A DNA stretch of 64,000 nt from Gordius albopunctatus. Its lineage: Eukaryota. Positions 62,781-64,000 of this stretch are shown here, piece by piece (position 1 is the stretch's first letter; each line of letters begins with the position of its first letter). The translations under genes were made by a program, and so were the position numbers. The notes beneath the pieces are model-generated. The model worked only from the letters and a program-made list of their open reading frames with translations. It was not told the DNA's origin and did no database searches. The DNA is taken from NCBI GenBank assembly GCA_964276515.1, contig OZ193909.1:3720001-3784000 (forward strand), read 5' to 3'.

Positions 62781-64000
62781 GTTATAATAATTATGACACA
62801 TAATATATTCATTTCCAATTTATCAGTTATGTTATTTATGATTTGGCTATCAAAAAATTAATTTAGAATTAAGAAAATTTTCTTCTTCTTTATCAAGTAT
62901 TTGATCTCACTGTCGTCGGGTTTGTTTTGACAGTTTTCTTTTATCTTGAATTGGTAAGGGCCATGTCTTGGTTAATATTCTTATTATTCATAACTTTGTC
63001 CACTTGTCCTTGCAATGAGACAAGAGCGTCCTCCTCCTCCTTTCCACGATACCCCCATATACAGTACTTTTCGAATACATCACTCGTCTTCCTTCTTAGT
63101 ATGTGCCCATCTTTTTTCGTTAAGTCCGTCATAAGTTGAATATCCATTTTCGTCCTGAGAAACATATGGTCGAGCTTAGTATACCCAAGGCTCCACCATA
63201 TGACTCTCTTCTCCATGGCCTGCACCAACTTTTCTTCCGTGACGTATAGTGCCTCTGTAAAGTAACCCCAATCTTACGATGGATTTGTAAGCTTTGTTCT
63301 TCAACCATAGTGGAATTTTCTTGTCGCACATTACACGTGATAGACTTCGCCATTTAAGCCATCTTTTTTGAATCCGGGCATTTACGTGTGTTGCGTAATC
63401 TCTCTCCTAATGTTGCATCGAGTCAAGGTATGCAAACCTATCTACTTTTGGGTACTTCATATAATCATCTAATGATGTGGTGTCTATAACCTTTATCTCC
63501 ATGTACACCGTTTTTATATTTTTGACCTTTAAACCATATTCCGCTGAGCGCTTTGACCATTTTTTGGCTTCTTAGAATACTTTCTCCTTTGTCCCTTCGC
63601 ATAGTAATATATCATCGGCATATAGCATACAGCAGATGGCTTATAAATGTCTCTAGTTATCATCCACAATTATATTGAATAAAAAACGATTTAAAGCAGA
63701 TCATTCTTGTAATCCAATTTTAACCTAAAAAGGTTGAGAGTCTCCAACTGTCGTCCTAACGCACGTTGAAGTTTGATACATATTTTTCATAAGTTGTACA
63801 TATGCGTCAGGGATGATTTATTTTACATTTACCAAAATATGGACTTTGCAACAAAACCTAATTTATTTGTATATGACCTTCACCCAAACTAAATTTTTAT
63901 ATCATATAGGATCAACATCTAATCAGATGAGAGATTTAAAGTAAAAAGCAGCTGACTTAACTTGCTTTTAAATGCCACAATTAAAACATTTTGATAATCA

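Larger units (their letters stand above)
54828..64000 (+). repeat. Inverted near-identical copy of 6540-15839 (RTE, CRE, minisatellite and one EGF exon)
   Basis: Mirrored coordinates sum to 70667 on one side of the minisatellite and 70540 on the other. The ORF track is mirrored almost exactly. Confidence 0.97.

Overview
AT-rich eukaryotic (animal-like, probably invertebrate) genomic DNA dominated by nested transposable elements. No prokaryotic features, RNA genes or CRISPR arrays were recognised. Two host genes can be built by hand on the minus strand: a multi-exon EGF/laminin-EGF repeat gene (six phase-1 exons, 2109-7855, 5' end not found) and an RCC1-repeat gene resembling RCCD1 (35997-37357). 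Many spliceosomal introns are very short (30-41 nt), both in RCCD1 and in three DNA transposases (P/THAP9, hAT, Ginger/GIN-like). The most notable element is a 3.9-kb P-superfamily transposon (38134-42056) with perfect 20-bp TIRs. After removing 12 GT-AG introns its transposase is an uninterrupted 889-aa ORF, and it sits inside a hAT transposase. Also present: several RTE-clade LINEs; a CRE-clade non-LTR element with an unusually long 73/74-bp target duplication nested in an RTE; two Ty3/Gypsy LTR elements; two Helitrons; a piggyBac-type MITE; and minisatellites. Everything after the 200-N gap (54828-64000) is a near-identical inverted copy of 6540-15839, most simply an uncollapsed haplotype. 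All family assignments come from motif recognition by eye, not from database searches.
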